From the human T2T-CHM13v2.0 reference genome, Homo sapiens, in the NCBI RefSeq assembly GCF_009914755.1, contig NC_060930.1: DNA of 64,000 bases; one strand, 5' to 3'. Position 1 is the first letter of the stretch. Every line of letters starts with the position of its first letter. Below are positions 14,869 through 29,730 of this stretch, in pieces. The notes below the pieces were generated by a model. It was not told where the DNA came from and ran no database searches. It saw only the letters and a program-made list of their open reading frames with translations. Both the position numbers and the translations under genes were made by a program.

Positions 14869-15181
<313 letters not shown>

Positions 15182-15324
15182 TCATCTTGCCTAAAAACTC
15201 CCGAGTTGCTCACCATCCTTAGGCTGAGGCTCCAAGGCCGTCCACGATGTGGAAAGAGCCCTCTTCCTTGGCTGCCACCATCCCAGACTCCCTTTAGTTC
15301 TTTGCATGGAACTACCCTCTCCCC

Positions 15325-15643
15325 CAATTAAGGGCTTTGCATGTGCTGTTCCTCCTGCCTAGAGAGCTCCTCTCCCCACCTTCACACAGCCAATCCTCAT
15401 CATTAATTTGCACGTGTAAATATCCCCTGGGGAGCCCTTCCCTGGCCCGTCCCATCGGCTCTGGCAGCACTCATATTTCCCTCTTTGTAACATTCATAAG
15501 ACTTGTCATTTTCTTCTCAGATTTCCCTGCTAGACACAGGCTTTATGAAGGTACGTCTGTCTTGTTCACTGGTTGCTCCCTGGCACCTGGCACCTGGCAC
15601 TAGGTGGCCTTAGTCAATACTGAGTGAATAAATGAATGAGTGA
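15325..15643 (+). mobile_element. L2 3' end fragment
   Basis: GGGCTTTGCATGTGCTGTTCC...GTCTTGTTCACTG...CCTGGCAC...TGAATAAATGAATGA. Confidence 0.75.
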
Positions 15644-17082
15644 AAGGGGTTTAGGGGAAAGGCCCTGACTCTGTACGTGATCTGCAGATGTTCAGGCTCT
15701 TTGTTTTAACACCTGAAGATTTGAGGGTTGGACTAGGTGAGCTCTGATGTTTGTCATCTTTGTAGGCTTCACCCTCTGCCTGTCCCTTTTGCTCCTGGAT
15801 GATGGTGGGTTGTATGGTGGGGCTTGAGATTAACGGGAGAGGCTGTGGATGAAGGGAGTTAAAGGTCACTGCTACTTAGTTAGCAGCAGGACGGAGTATA
15901 CCTAAAGCAATCTAGCCAATTCTTTCAGTTCCAAAATCCAGATTCCAACAGCCATCAGAACAACACAGCCCTGTACTTGGCCGTGCAAGATCTCCCAGCT
16001 ATGATGTCATGACAGCCAGCCCAGCCCAGAGCTGTCTCTGAAAGTCTAGGATATAGCCTTGCTCGGCCAATGAGTTCTGCCTGGGAAGTTAACTAATGAT
16101 AGTAGTTCTCATTTGCTCAATATTAGTGCTGCAAAGTGATCTCCAGACCCCAGCCCGGATCCTATCTTCAAAGCAGGCACAAGTTCTAGAGAGTTCTGTG
16201 AGGCTGGCCATGATGGATGTTGGAGTTGCCCACATTCCCCTCAGTTGGTGCATAGTCAAGGAGGTGGAATACTTCCCTAGAGAAACACCAGGGGTCACCC
16301 CCATGGGAATGCCACTTTATTCGAAGCTCTAGCATCAATATTGGGTCATCTCAGTTGGGGAGTACCCAGTGCCAGGCTCTGCCTGCCAGATATACACCTG
16401 AAAGGTGGAGGACCAAGGCCTGTTTGTGGCGTTTCCTGCCACAGAATTCGGATTTGTATCTTTCTGCAGATTCCAAAGGCATAGTTAATTTTACAAAATT
16501 AAGTCTGCATTAGCAAGGCTTTGGGCATGTTCAAACCCATTCATGCAGTTTAATGAACACAAAAGCAACCTGCTGTTACAGCCTGCAGCCCACGTTAAGT
16601 TTGGGTGGACTGCCTCATTGCGTAAAACCTGGGGGAGTGGGAGAAGTCTCCTCTGGAGCTGTTATCTTGCCGGCAATTTGATGCCTTCAGCACGGAGGTT
16701 CAAATCTGGACTTCGGTTCCAAGTAGCAGTTGCTTAAATTAAGTATAAATCAGCAGTGCCGTGCGTTAGTAGCGTGGTTGGATGCATTCACTGCTGAGTG
16801 ACCACGAACTCCACTGCACTGATGCAAGGTGGAAAACCTGAGCCAGAGCCACACACAGGGCTGGGCTGGGCGGCTCTGCCCCGTGACAGTCAGCTGAAGG
16901 GAGTGATTATACTTGCCACATCACCTCCGTTCACTGTCCACCGAACAGCTCTCCCCCAATTAGGGCTTTGCATATGCTCTAACACTGCAGCTCCCAGGCA
17001 GGAACTGGTTAGAGGGTAAGAGATCTGGGACTTGCTAAGAGCTTCATTATTTTCACAGATGCTCAGGACTTTATCCTGAAAT

Positions 17083-17402
<320 letters not shown>

Positions 17403-18426
17403 TTACATCTATTTGAACGCATCATTGCAGCAAATCTATGCTCTCTAAAAGCGACTGGAAGACATGAGTTCTCATATGAGGGTGAGAAGAACACAGGCTC
17501 AGACAGTGCGTACTCACTCCCATGACCGTCGGAGTTAAAATGAGGGGGTGACAGTGCTGCAGCTATTCCAGGACCGGTGCTATTTATAGGAGCCTGTTCC
17601 AAACCTTAACCCACAGATACCAAATCCACTGAGCACTGTATGCAAAGGGAAACAAGAAACCGCTCTGCCAGGTCTGGTCCCTCGTAAACTCCCCAGATGA
17701 CAAGCAAGTTATTTAATATGTTCTTTCTATGTTTGGAATGAATCTGTTTCCAAGAATAAAAGCATACAAACAATATCTTTATTACCTGTAATATACTTAA
17801 AGAGCAGGGGTCCCCAGTTGGTTAAACATTGAAAACAGTGGGAGAGCTTCAGAATAGAGAAAAATGACTGTGCCTCACCCCTCACTTACTGAGTCAGAAT
17901 CTGCAGAGAGGGAAGTGCTGAGAGATGTCTTTTTAAAAAGCTCTCCAACTCTCCAGGTGCTTCTGTCCACCAGCCAGATTTGGGCACCGGTGCTGCCCAG
18001 CATGCCCCAGGCTTCAGGGTATGGGAGTCGCCCTGGGCTTGGGTCAGGCTGGGGCTCTCTCATTCACCAGGTGTGGGGAGGGGCTTGAGCCTGCATTTCC
18101 AGCAAATTCCCAGGTGGGGCTGAGGTTGCTGATCTGCAGTGCTCCATCTCTGGGTGTGTACCTACACACCCGTCACCTTTGTTGTACTGGGCTCAGGTAT
18201 AAGTTGCAGGGTGCACCGTGTACCCCCGTAGCCCTGCCCTACTCCATGCTGCCCCCAGTCTCAAGTGGTGCTTGAACTTGCCTTCACCAAGGCAGTTCTC
18301 GTCTCAGAGTTGAACCCTCCCTGAGGGCCCCCAACAGCCCTCTCCAGGCCTTGTATCAGTAGGAAATGAAAATGCATTAATTGGGAGGGGTTTATCTGGG
18401 GTCAAAGGCTCAGGGAGATCATTCTT

Positions 18427-18432
18427 TTTATT
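18427..18432 (-). terminator. Polyadenylation signal AATAAA of the minus-strand gene
   Basis: TTTATT on + strand ~330 nt past the stop codon of the terminal exon. Confidence 0.75.
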
Positions 18433-18760
18433 GCCAAGGACCAAGAAACAAAGTGTAGAAATGCTATACACAATGGTCATGAGCTACAAGGTAGGAATGG
18501 GGTGCAGGGGAGACGTGGTAACACACAGCACTATTCTGAACGAACTCCAGCTCTCCATTCTAACACTTGAACCAAGGAAAGACAGCAGTCCTTTTTCACT
18601 AAGCCTGCAACAGAATGCAAATGTGACTTGGTTTATCAGCTCCCACAGGACAGGCAGCGCAAAAGGCTATTGTAAGCTGGTTTTGGGAGCCCCCAGCTCA
18701 AACAGAGAGTGGATGCTGAAGGTGGTCCCTGGCCGCCACTGGTGGCTGGTCCCCGGCTTG

Positions 18761-18829
18761 CTAGGTCCTGGGCATGTCTCGATTCTCAATGATCAGCTTG
18801 TCAGTTGAATACAGTTGGCCAATGTGGAC
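18761..18829 (-). CDS. Coding part of the terminal exon of a minus-strand protein-coding gene ([22 protein letters not shown], assuming phase 0)
   Basis: Strong acceptor cctgtgtcctttctttgccttcag|GTCCAC; 22 codons then TAG; repeat-free UTR-like sequence down to AATAAA at 18427. Phase is inferred: the other two frames stop after 9 and 12 codons. Gene not recognised. Confidence 0.7.
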
Positions 18830-19369
18830 CTGAAGGCAAAGAAAGGACACAGGTCAGGAACCGTGGCCCTCTAGCCCCTGGGAAAGGCCAGAAGGAACAT
18901 TTCCTAACATTTCTAATACAAACGTCGGCCATCCCAGGGCTGCTCCCTTCCGGCAACTGCACTGCGGGGCAAAGCCGGCCACTAGAGCACCATCCAACCC
19001 CCGTTTCCCTCACTGTGAGAAGTTACAGAGATCCACACACCCATTCCTTCCCTCTGAAACAGCACAGGAGGCTGCAGCCTGGGACTCGGGGCTGTGCTGA
19101 GCTGGGTGACGCCTGCCTGCTGGTGGCAGAGCTGTCAGATGTGTGCCCAGTACCTCCTCTCCTAAGAGGGCTTCCTTCCCTTAGAACTGATTCTCGCATA
19201 GGGAAGGGGTTTTAGAACAGTGCAGAAATGGGTGCCGTCTATGCTGGGGTAGGAAAAGCACTGCATTCAGGGCAATGCAGACACCTGTCCGTGGCCCATC
19301 CCGGGTGGGGTCGAGGGCAGTTGTCTGAGTGCCTGCACCTCCTGCCTTCTATCTTTCCTGCCCCCTTCT

Positions 19370-19942
19370 TTTTAAAGTGTCCTTTTTATTAAGTGTCTTA
19401 ATGCCCAATGTTTCCACTGTCCCAGGTGGATGCTGGAGCCATCCTCTGGGGCTAGAGCAGGTCTTTCCTCTGCAACAAAGGGTCTTGCCACAGTTTTTCT
19501 GTAAAGCATTTCCTGAGTGATACATTTTTAAGAACAAGTGGAATGGGTGAAGGAAGGGCTGATCATTAGCAACTCTATCTGGATTTCAGACCAGTTGGTC
19601 ACTATCTATGGGTAATTCGGGGTGAGTAACTGCTGTTTAAGCAAACAGAGCAGCCAGGGGTCAACATCCTCATGGTTTTCCTCCCCGATCTTAGTGCTCT
19701 ATTTCGAAGTGAAGGCCCCGGACAGAAGGCGATCATGTCATTACTACAGCATGTGTTAAAGAGCAGTGCTCTGTCACCAAGGACCGCCGCGCCGTCCATC
19801 TGAGGTGTCCTGTTTTCCATGCCATTTGCTCGGTCTTCAGTCTGCCCTTGCACAGAGGTATCTTGAAGGTCCGTGGTATGGATAATAACTAAGTGTTGCG
19901 GTGCAAGAGAAAGCGAAGGAAGAGGCAAGAGCAGCACGTCAT
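19370..19942 (-). other. Candidate alternative terminal exon
   Basis: Acceptor ctccactgtctacttctcgttcttcttag|ATGACG at 19942; AATAAA at 19385-19390 (minus). Confidence 0.45.
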
Positions 19943-22489
19943 CTAAGAAGAACGAGAAGTAGACAGTGGAGATATGGGGGATGGGGGGATCTTGCAGGTA
20001 TTTTTAAATGCAAGTGAATGTCCTAATTAAAAACCAAAAGAGGTAGGTAGGAGTTATGGGAACGGGGTGTAGAGAATGAGTGCTCCTAACAAGTCACAGT
20101 GATGAGCTTTGCTACTGTGTCTTCAGTCGTCCTTTCCTCTCATTAATATAGAGAAGACTTTGGACGCAAGTGGATGGGGAGGGTCTGGGGTGCTGCGTTT
20201 CTCGCAACCTGCAGGTAATGCTGATGCTGCTGGTCCACGGGCCACACTTTAGGTGGCAAGGTCGGAAATCATCTTGAGGGCTGTGAGGAGCCGCACTGGG
20301 TTTCTCAGGGGCTACGGTACAGTCACGATGAATGCAGCACAGGGACTTTCTGGCCTTCCCTTCTGGACAACCTGAAATAGCTGCTGGGTGAGCTGAAGCC
20401 ATCTATACCCTACTACAGAGAAGGGGAGGATTGGCATTGTCCTCCACCCTGAATAGTACATGGTTTTGTTTTCATATATTAACCTCAACAGATAGATGAA
20501 CCCACTATCAAATGATATTGAGAAAAGAAAGGCTAGAATACCAATGATCCTTAAAAAAAAGGGAACCATTACTTTTTGGATAATTAAAACTAGGCTAATA
20601 CAAACAGTTTTGTATAACAGCTCGGATGGTTCAGCTACCTGGGAGCTTGTTCTGTATTTAATTGATCTCAGGGGATTCACCAGGAACCTGTCCTAGAAGT
20701 GTCCACAATCGGACATTCACGAGTACTTGACAGAGTTTACCGTCATCTTCTCAAGGCTTTAGTAGCAGGCAGGAGTTATGGGACGGCATAAGAAGAAACC
20801 TGTTCAAAAATGCAATGGGCTGGCTTGGGAAGCTGTGAGTTCTCTGTCCCCGTGAGGAGCAGAAAGTGAGGATGGAGAAGGAAGGTATATGCTAGACCAG
20901 GGCTGAACCAGATGGATTCCTTCCAACTCTCAGCTTCTGTGATTACAGGCACTGTCCACGGCTCCGGGATCCATCTGGGACGCCTCTAATGACAGCCGCG
21001 TGGTCTCTGAATGACCCCGTGTTGATCCACATGTTCTGCTTCTGGCACTCTGGAAGGAAAGGTGGCACCCTGGAAAGGCCCTGGGATGGGTGGGGGCAGG
21101 AGGAACAGGACAGCTGGGCTGCAGCTTGGGTGGCTCTGCCACTTGCCATGTGAGACTCTTCACTTCCTCTCGTCTCAGTTCCTTGCCTGTGGGATGAGGT
21201 CTGGAAACTTCTAGGTGATCTTTATGGTCCTTTGCAGCTCCAGCAGTCTTTGGGCCCTCAACAAAGCTGGCCAGAGTCAAGAGAAAGATGTGTGAGATCC
21301 CCAACCAGTACAGCACCTACATGGCATGGGAGTCCCTAGGGCGCTGGTGGGAACCTGGCCAAGGGACAGTCGTGGCAGACAGGGAGGGGAGAAATGTGTT
21401 GCAGTAGCAGGAGGGGTGACTGGCTTCCTGCCCCCTCCGGAAGGGAGGGCGCTCTTCTGTCCACCCGTTCGCTGCCTGCAGCCTGGGTGGCATGCTCGCG
21501 AAGCCCGTGCTCCTCTTTGCAGCCACCTGGACCATCTGTGTGGTCTGTGTGTGGTCCCTATGAGGTCACGTGCTCCAGTTCATGTCTGTCTTCCCTTCTC
21601 CAGCCCCCTGAGAGCCCCTCAAAGGCAGGACTGGTGAACACTGCTTTCTGTGTCCCTGGGCCTCGCACAGTCCTGGTAGGCAACACTGCTCAGCAGATCT
21701 GTGATGAGCGAGCGAGCGAAGGAATCTGAGCCCAATGCACTGAGAGCAAATGGCTCTGCCGCGAAGACAGACAGGCAGGCAGGGCTCTTTCCTACAAGTG
21801 AAAGGCATACACAGAACACAATGCACAGGTGTTTAAAGACCCAGAAAACCCGAAGGAGCCCTGGAGGAGCAGCTCAAGCCCTGAGTCATTCTGCAGACAA
21901 GCAGTGAGCACCTCCTGTTCCAGGCACCTTGTGCGGGTGAGACTTTCAGATGTGATTAATGGCTGCAGAAATCTCTGAGTCAGGAAGGGAAAACTGACAA
22001 GAACTGAGATAAATGGCCTGGCATCTGGAATGTGCTAGCATGAGGAGGGCACGCAGGACTAGAGGGATCTAGAAGATGTGACTCAGCCTAGGGAGTCAGT
22101 GAAGACTTCTCAGAGGAGACAGCCTCAAGGGAGGAAGAGCTCAGAGGCCCAGAGGCTGGAGCTGGGGCAGGGTAAGAAGCCCATGACACGATTGGACGTG
22201 GAGACTGTCAGAGACAGAAATGGGCTGAGTGTGGATAGAGAAGGGTGAGGGTGAGGATGGGGGTGGAGAAGGCAGAGAAGAGAGAATAAAAGAGAAGTGG
22301 GCTAGGGCCAGAACACAGATGCCATGCTCCACTTGGAGGGAATGGAAAGCTGCTAAAATGTTAAAAATGGAGGACCAACCCACCCAGATCTGTGGTTAAA
22401 AAGATCACCTTGTCTTCAGGTCAAGGCGAAGAAGAGGTGGAGAGTTGTGGCGAGGGGACCCAGTTAAGGGGCCAGTAAGAGTGCAGGTG

Positions 22490-22768
22490 AGGATGGGTGC
22501 AGTGGCTTACGCCTATAATTCCAGCACTTCGGGAGGTCGAGACGGGTGGATCACGAGGTCACAAGTCTGAGACCAGCCTGACCAACACGGTGAAACCCTG
22601 TCTCTACTAAAAATATATAGGCCATGGTGGCACGCGCCAATAATCCCAGCTACTCAGGAGGCTGAGGCAGAAGAATGGTTTGAACCTGGGAGGTGGAGGT
22701 TGCTGAGATCACGCCACTGCACTCCAGCCTGGGTGACAGAGCGAGATTCCGTTATCTAAAAGAAAAAG
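22490..22768 (+). mobile_element. Alu (AluS-type) inserted into L2-like sequence
   Basis: TSD AAGAGTGCAGGTGAG on both sides. Confidence 0.93.
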
Positions 22769-22996
22769 AGTGCAGGTGAGAGGTGATTCCAGCTTGGAAG
22801 GAGGAGTGGCAGAAGTTATAGACGGGCAGCCAGAGGAATACGTGGGTGCTGCCCTGAAGGGGGACCCACCCTTGCAAGTTCAAGACTGCTGCAGGTGGAT
22901 GCTGTAAGAATCACTGCCCTCAGTTTTTGTTGAAGAATGAAGGCCCAGAAAAATCAATCCATATAGACACAAAGACATGAACCCCAGATCTTCTGA

Positions 22997-23260
<264 letters not shown>

Positions 23261-23289
23261 TGAAAATTTGAGATAACCACATGAGATAA

Positions 23290-23765
23290 CTGTGGCCTGC
23301 CCAGCATCCATCTCTCCATTTTCCTTATGGGGTCAGTGCACATCTAGAAGTTTACACTCTCCAGACTCCTGTGCAGCTAGAGGTGGCCAATGAGGTGTCA
23401 GCTGTCATCATGGCTGGAGCATCTAGGACAGTTCTTTGAAGTGGGCTGCCTCAGACTGGGGGCACTCAAGTGCCTGCCCGCCCCCCAGTTTGTCTCCGTT
23501 CTGCCTGGAATATGAACTTGATAGCTGGAACACCAGCAGCCATCTAGCACTGTAAGATAAGTTTGATATGGGAGCTACACGCTAAGGCTGGGGGGCAGAA
23601 AGGTGGAGACTGAGTGCTTGATGACCATGGAGCCACCATGCCAGCTCTGGACGCCTTATTGCCAGCTTTCTTTTATGTGTGAGAAAAATAAACCTCCATC
23701 TTTTAAAAGCTCCTGTTACTTGGGTTTCTTGCTACACACAGCTAAACCAATCCTTACTGACTTGA
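23290..23765 (+). mobile_element. Old MaLR LTR (MLT1J/K-like)
   Basis: GCAGCTAGAGGTGGCC...CAGCAGCCATCT...TGAGAAAAATAAACC...TTAAAAGC. Confidence 0.7.
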
Positions 23766-23975
23766 ATGCACAATGAGAATTTTAATGTGAGATCATAGGA
23801 CTAATGAAACGAAGGCCGGTGCAGAGAAGGGGGTGATCTGTGCCCCGTGGCAAGTGGAAAAAATGTCCCTATCACCTGGGGAGGTGCAATTAACAGGTAC
23901 CTATTGTAGCTGTTTCCAAAGTTTAAAAAAGCTACACAGGAAATTATAAAGATTCTGTTCTTTCTCTCTTTAAAT

Positions 23976-24201
23976 CAGGGGTGTCCAATCTTTTTGCTTC
24001 CCTGGGCCACACTAGAAGAAGAATTGTCTTGGGCCACACATAAAATACACTAACACTAACGAAAGCTGATGAGCTAAAAGGAAAAAAAAAAAATCGCAAA
24101 AAAAAAAATCTCATGTTTTAAGTTTACGAATTTGTGTTGGGCCACATTCAAAGCCATCCTGGACTGCACGTGGCCCGCAGGCTGTGGGTTGGACAAGCTT
24201 G
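23976..24201. mobile_element. MER30 (hAT-Charlie MITE)
   Basis: CAGGGGTGTCCAATC...GTTGGACAAGCTTG ends; 8-bp TSD CTTTAAAT / CTCTAAAT. Confidence 0.9.
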
Positions 24202-24648
24202 CTCTAAATATTTAGTTGCATTTGGATATGTGGCTATTAATAGTTTGGTATTTTTGTCTAGTCTGTTAAATCACATATAGATTTAAAACGTGGTGTATAT
24301 ATACACAATATTTACATGTGGGATCATAGCATAACTTGCTTTTTAACTTCATATTATGATGCTTATATCATTAACTGTTCTTTTAAGGAATATTTTCAGT
24401 AACTGTATAATACTCCATTGTAAAGATATATCACAATCTATTTAATCACTCCCATATGATGAACATTTAGACTGTTTCCACTTAATGCTAGGATTATCAT
24501 TCTTATATATAACCTTTTATTAAATCTGATTTTTTCCTTATAAAAGGTTTCTAGAAGTAGAATTGTTGGATAAACAGATATGAATATTTTGATGGTTACT
24601 GATGGATCTTGCAAAACTACTTTCCAGAAGGTCTGTTTGTCCGGCTGA

Positions 24649-24665
24649 CGCTCCCTCTGGTGGCC
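24649..24665 (-). promoter_or_regulatory. Candidate CTCF site
   Basis: GGCCACCAGAGGGAGCG on minus strand, close to the CTCF core CCACCAGRGGGCGC. Confidence 0.55.
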
Positions 24666-26609
24666 CCTTTGAAGGCTTTGGCGGCACACTTATCATGACG
24701 CAGAACAAACACGCTTCTCCCCATGTAGCTCCCTGTGTGAGCTCTGTGTGCTAAAGGCCGTATTCTCTATGCGGCGGCTAGAACAAGAACACGGGATTCT
24801 CCTGTTGTGTGGCCCTCTGCTGCGTTCCTTACCAAAGCCCCCATTACAGCAGTTACCATCATGTCTATTTCACAAAGTCCACCAATCTAGAGGATGAAAA
24901 TTCTAGGGGAGGGGTGCCCTCCCGTAAGGCATGTAGCTGTGAGGTGGGATCAGCCCCATGGAAAAGACCCCACAGGAAACCCACAGAATAAAGAACTGGG
25001 GGGCAATCTGAAGAGCCAAGTTTCAGGAAACTTGAAATCAAAACAAACCAAATTTATAGTCTGCTTTGACAGAAGTTTGAATTAAATTTAAAAAAAACCC
25101 ATTCCAGTATGACAATTTTATGGCCCTTGGGGGGAAAAGAACTAATGACATCAGGTCTTACAATGTGAATGGTATTAAGAGGATACAGAGATGCGTGTCT
25201 GTCTGATACATATACTGCATATATTGGGGCCACCCACATGGTCCCTATACTGAAATGGTAAGTGGGCCTGCCTCAGTTCCCCTACATGAGCATCGGTGAC
25301 TGAGGGGAGGAGGGAGAAGGGATCATGTTACTTGACTTAGGTGCCTTCAAAGCACAGTTTAGGACAGTGCCAGACACATAGGAAGTGCTCAGAAAGTACC
25401 TAACAACTAAAAATATCAGTCCCATACTCCATGGTTCTGAGGGTCTGTGCTCACTGACTCTAAAATCTGGAGAGATGAGTGACTACAGAGTGCTCTGATG
25501 GTAAGCCACAAGTGGAAATACAGAACTGATGAAGACAAGTGAATAAAAACAGCGGTAGGACCATTTACTGCAAAAAGAATGTTCACTGACCATTAAGTGA
25601 AATCAAATGATTTAAATTTGGCCCAGCAGAGGGTTGAAGGCTAGAATCCGGGGGATTCTATATGGGATTTTCAGAGCCATTACAGAAGAAGAAGGGGAAA
25701 TACTCAGTTCACACAGGGAGGAAATATTAAAAAGTTATCTCAGTGAGGGGTAAGGAGTTGAGGCAGTAAATGTTTGTGTAACAGTTCTCTTGCATTTATT
25801 TGGGCTGTAAAATGTGCCAGCACACAACGGGAGGCTAGCCGGGATTGCTGCCGTGGTGCTAATGGCAGAGAACGATGCTCCAAGCTGCAGGTGTGAGGGT
25901 CTGGTCAACGGAAGTAAGGTAGTGCAATTAACACCTTCAAGTTACAGTCCCTCCAGAATCCCAAATTGACTTATACAGCCACATCAGACTATTACTGTGC
26001 ATAAATTGGTCATTAAAGCTGATCACACTTTTATTCTATTAAGTTTAGGGAGTTGGCATTAGAGTCCATTGGAAAAGTACACAGATTACTCAGCTGCCAG
26101 TAGCTGGGGATGACTAGATGGCCCAGAAACACTTAAGAGCTCTGAGACTCATTAGACAAATAACCTGCAGGGGAGGAAGGAGCAGGATATCAGAAAATAC
26201 AATTGGGCACAATGTTTCAGGTCTTCACCGCTTCCTCTTCTGAAGCAATGCACAGCCATCCCCGCAACACATCTCTATCTGATGGGGGTCCCAGAAGCTG
26301 GGCGCAGTTGCCAGGGGAGTGGGTGGGGAAGGTGGGGAACGGATGCAGCCCTGGGCTGGAATCCCTACTCCTGCCTCTGCCACTTCCTGCCTATTTCGCA
26401 GAGTTGTTATGGGAATCAAACAAAACACTAGATATGAAGAAAATCTACCATTTTCCCCAGTTCCTTCCCAGGGCCCAAACATATGAAATGTCCTAACGCT
26501 ACTGGGAGGATTAAACAAGCACAGTGCCAGGCACCTGGCAAGAGCCTGCTAAGCGTTACTTACATGCACAGACTTGTGCTAGGCCTGTCTCTGTCAAGAT
26601 GCGTATCAT

Positions 26610-26919
<310 letters not shown>

Positions 26920-27065
26920 TTAGCTTAAAGGGGCTTTTGTAGCCAGAATATTTCTTGGAAGTCTCGTATTGATCTTCATGTAAATGGTGTACTCTGCTCT
27001 ATAGCATATTTATGCCTATTTTTGTATACAAATGTTTTCCCTGCCAGATGTGGTAGGGAAACCCA

Positions 27066-27218
27066 CCTTGGTACACAACTGTAGTCCCAGCTACTCAGGA
27101 ATCTAAGGTGGGAAGGTTGCTTGAGCCCAGGAGTTCGAGGCTGTAGTGCTCTACGATCTCGCCTGTGAATAAATACTGCACTCTAGTCTCAGCAACATAG
27201 CAAGACCCAGTCTCTTAA
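27066..27218 (+). mobile_element. FAM (fossil Alu monomer, 7SL-derived)
   Basis: Retains GCCTGTGAATA...ACTGCACTC...CAACATAGCAAGACCC, which dimeric Alus lack. Confidence 0.75.
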
Positions 27219-27415
27219 CAGTTTTTTTTTCCTCCAAGTTGACAAGTAACCCTGACCCTCCAAAACGACGCACTGTTTTTACCCTGTTGCCTTTGAGTAC
27301 CTTCTGATACACCCAGTTTCAGAAGCATATTTTTAAGATACTGCACTTTCCTGAGATAGCTACACTTTCATGGGAGCTTTGGAAGGCCAAAAAAACCCCT
27401 TAAGTCACCAAAACA

Positions 27416-27418
27416 ATA

Positions 27419-27449
<31 letters not shown>

Positions 27450-27770
27450 TGTTTGTTTTGTTTTGTTTTGTTTTTTTTTTGAGACAGAGTCTCACTCTGT
27501 CATCCAGGCTGCAGTGCTGTGGTGTGCTCTCAGCTCGCTGCAACCTCCACCTCCTCACCTCCTGTGTTCAAGTGATTCTCATGCCTCAGCTTCTCGAGTA
27601 GCTGGGACTGCAGGCATGCACCACCACACCTGGCTAATTTTTGTATTTTTAGTAGAGATGGGCTTTCACCATGTTGGCCAGGCCGGTCGCAAACTCCTGA
27701 CTTCAGGTGATCCGCCTGACTCGGCCTCCTAAAGTGCTAGGATTACAGGCATGAGCCACCATGCCTGGCC
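27416..27770 (-). mobile_element. Alu (AluS-type) with (TA)n and (GTTTT)n tail
   Basis: Antisense Alu preceded by ~(TA)12. Confidence 0.95.
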
Positions 27771-28858
27771 AATACATTTTTGATAGTAGAATTTCAGCAT
27801 ATGGTCTCAGATGGCACATGCTAAACTGCCTGCTCCTGCTCACCTGCACTGAGGAAGGTAAGCATGACATCTGTGGCCCTCCTCTGGCTTATGACAAGGC
27901 TGGACATCCTTTCACGCCGCCTGCAATTCATGCAGCAATTGTCCCCGGTGAGATCCCAGCATGGAGAGGCACTGCCACAGCCTTGCCACTGTCAAGTCAC
28001 CAGCGATAAAAGCTTATTTGTCAAATAGACCATTTTTATCATGCTTTTTATATTTCCCAATTCAAAAAAAAAGCACACTGAAATAGGGACACATGAATTT
28101 ATGTCTGTATTTTTTCAGTCTGTTCTGTATAGCAGCAAGAAGTATTGTGAAACCCAAACTTACGAATATCGACCCCATGGTGTTCCTCTAAAAATAGCCC
28201 TCAGTCCACATAACCTTTTTTCTTTCTAGAATCCAGCAGGCTTGTTTTTCAAAATGTTTACATATAATAGCATAACACTGCTACTTTTAATTCTGCCACC
28301 ATTTTATGCAACAGAGGAGTGCCTGAAGGGATCATCCGAACTGGAATACTGAAACTTCAATCTCCAATGAAGTGTGGTAGCTGAGAAAGAAGGCCATGTG
28401 AAAGAAGCCAGGGGTGCATCTTTTTGCTTCCCCTCTCCCAGTACACACTCCATCTCCATCCTTCCTGTAAGCCTTGAATGTTAGATATGGTATATTCTTA
28501 ATGTGGAGGGAGGCAGTGGGGAGTCGGCCTCTTATTTCCTCTGTGTTGTTGCTGGCAGAGTGATGAGCAAGTTCATATCCCTGCCCACTATCCCGTGTCA
28601 CAGTTAATAATTAATATGTTTCGTCTTTGCTTGTTGGGACAAGAGAGAAACAAGGTGCAAGAGCGTGCACTCTTCATCAGCATGCCCACACGTCCAGTCC
28701 ACATCCACTGTCCCTGGGTGACTATAGATAGAGCGCTTGTTCATTCTCAGGTGTCTGCCTCAATCATGAACACGCAGTTGTCCTCACTCTTATCCACTTT
28801 TGTCAGCATGCTGCATCGGCTTGTTGTCTTTCTGAATGTCTCATGTTCACTTAAAAAA

Positions 28859-29549
<691 letters not shown>

Positions 29550-29730
29550 GGAATGAAATTATTTGAATGGATCTCAAAGAGCCCAAAGTCGTGGGCAGCT
29601 AGCAGTGGTTCTCATCTCACAAGCTTTCTGTTCCCTCTGCAGGAATGAGTCCTTTTTGAATGGGCACACATGTTAAGGCAGAGGTTCCTATTGAGGTCTG
29701 TGCACGGGAGCCACAGGGTCTGCTTTGTAG

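Noticed and set aside
18731-18749. CTCF-like CCACCAGTGGCGG in the 3'UTR
   Set aside because: Core spacing is one base short of the motif.
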